64,000 nt of DNA from Rhodosorus marinus CCMP1338 (taxonomy: Eukaryota > Plantae > Rhodophyta): contig JAMWBK010000010.1 in the NCBI GenBank assembly GCA_029953675.1, positions 682,001 to 746,000 on the forward strand, written 5' to 3'. Below are positions 62,530 through 64,000 of the stretch, piece after piece. The position numbers and the translations under genes were made by a program. Below the pieces are notes generated by a model. That model had not been told where the DNA came from, made no database searches, and was given only the letters and a program-made list of their open reading frames with translations. Each line of letters starts with the position of its first letter. The stretch's first letter is position 1.

Positions 62530-63683
62530 TTACTTGTTGAAAACGTTGATGCGAGTGCCGAAGGTGATCGTGGTGTTGTCCACCAGGTCAGCCGTGCTGG
62601 AGTCGAACGGAAAATCGGCTGACAGCGAAAATGGTAGGTTCTCGGCGTTGCTCTTGTACTGGATGGCTCCTCTCTTGTCGCTTGGGTGTGCATGCAGGCC
62701 TACTTTGGCCCCGTTGTTCAACACTTTCTCAACCTAGGCCGCAGGCATCCACACAACTATTGTAAGGACTACTGCTAGAGTGGCGTTGGCAGCATCCAGC
62801 ACGTTACTCACCGAAGCACGGAATCCGTCCAGCGCCTTGGCAGATGCTCTTGCTTCTCCCTGCAGAATGTAGCTGCCAGTCGTGTACCTGACCTTGCCCT
62901 TCAGGGACTGGCCCTGAACGGAATACTTTCCGGATAGCTTGATCTGCTGCTCAATGGAAAAAAAAAAGCTCCAGGTAAGGAGACCACCACTCAAGACCAA
63001 GCATCGCATGCTGCGACTAGCAGAAAGAACATAAGCTTACGTCGTCCTGGAGTTTCGACTGGACCCAAATATCTTCGTGGTGGTTGTCGAAGACTGCCTT
63101 GCTGAACTCCTTGAAGTTGAGCTCGGTTCCAATCTTCATGTTGCTCTCACCCCACTGAACCCGTGCACACGCGGAGTCACCCGATGGGGAGTAGACCAGC
63201 TCATTCATGAATTTCTGATCGGCGATATCGACCTGTGGTGATAGATAAACAATCACGCCTCAGCGATTGCCGACTCAGCCAACTGCCATCCCTGATCCAA
63301 TCTCACCTGCTTAAGCTTGAGGCCAATTGCGGAGATTGCTCTGCCGATAGGATCTACCTCCGCAAAAACCTTCTGGTTGTCATTCACGTTGTAGAATCCC
63401 TTGACGTTGAGGGTCTGGCACTTGCTCAACTCCTTCAAGTTCTTCGACGTGTGGGTAACCAGCATCGAGACGTATCCATCCTCGAAGTTATCAGCGTATG
63501 TTGCTTTGGCGACCTTGACCTGCGTATCACACAAGACATACAAGGACCAAACCAGCAGCTCATCAGGTCAGCAAGATTCCTTTACCACACTAGACAACAG
63601 ACCAAGCAAACGCCACAAACTTTCAGTCCGAAACCTACAGGCTCAGCCTTGGCGACCTCCTCGTTGCGCAGCTTCCAGAACAT
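62530..63683 (-). CDS. Beta-barrel outer-membrane pore, OEP24-like (plastid outer envelope), about 5 exons
   Basis: Alternating amphipathic strands (LNVKGFYNV, QIKLSGKYSVQGQSLKGKVRY, FSLSADFPF, TITFGTRINV). KLKQVDIADQKFMNELVYSPSGDS resembles the OEP24 segment [21 protein letters not shown]. Confidence 0.55.
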
Positions 63684-64000
63684 CTTTCCCTTATCTCCAA
63701 CGAAAACAAACTACAGAATCACCCGCGGGGCAGCGAAACAAAAAAACTAAGAGCAGCCCAATCCCGTTCTTCTCAAAAACTCTCCTGCCCTTCCTCTGAA
63801 TGACGCCAAGACCCCGATGTGCTCGCCTGCCTCTCACTCTTGCACCACCACATCCGAACCTGAACTGCCCCAACCTAAGAAGCCCATCGCCACATATACT
63901 GAAAAAAAATCACACACCCCCCAAAAAAGGTGACGATCCCCAATCCTCACCGAGCGATACCTACAAACATACCAAGCAGACACCCACAATCACACACCCC

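Overview
Eukaryotic nuclear DNA, gene-dense with short GT-AG introns (mostly 60-300 nt). The gene set and an N-terminal 'MTGF' transit-peptide-like start suggest a unicellular red alga; this is an inference, not a database result. I reconstruct 18 spliced protein-coding genes by hand: a 5'-3' exonuclease, an LRR/pseudo-receiver/PP2A-B'' multidomain protein, a RAY1-like GT77, an NT-C2 coiled-coil protein, a CBM48 protein, IRE1, QCR6, an OS-9-like lectin, EFL1, a BCH/Sec14 protein, an unknown membrane-anchored protein, LYAR, a hemerythrin-like protein, an RpiA-like/PCD-like fusion, TFIIB, GT25, GNL3 and an OEP24-like beta-barrel. Between them lie decayed copia and gypsy fragments and several tandem duplications. 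I found no rRNA, tRNA or CRISPR. The most interesting observations are (1) an apparently plastid-targeted double pseudo-enzyme joining a catalytically degenerate ribose-5-phosphate isomerase to a degenerate PCD (RAF2/acRAF-like) domain, (2) a single spliced gene linking LRRs, a pseudo-receiver domain and a PP2A B'' subunit, (3) IRE1 with a two-exon tail after the RNase domain, (4) a triplicated phase-0 exon+intron cassette, and (5) a sense-strand G/T skew upstream of almost every gene. All homology calls come from motif recognition, and exon boundaries were read manually. Some low-complexity tracts may be long-read consensus noise.
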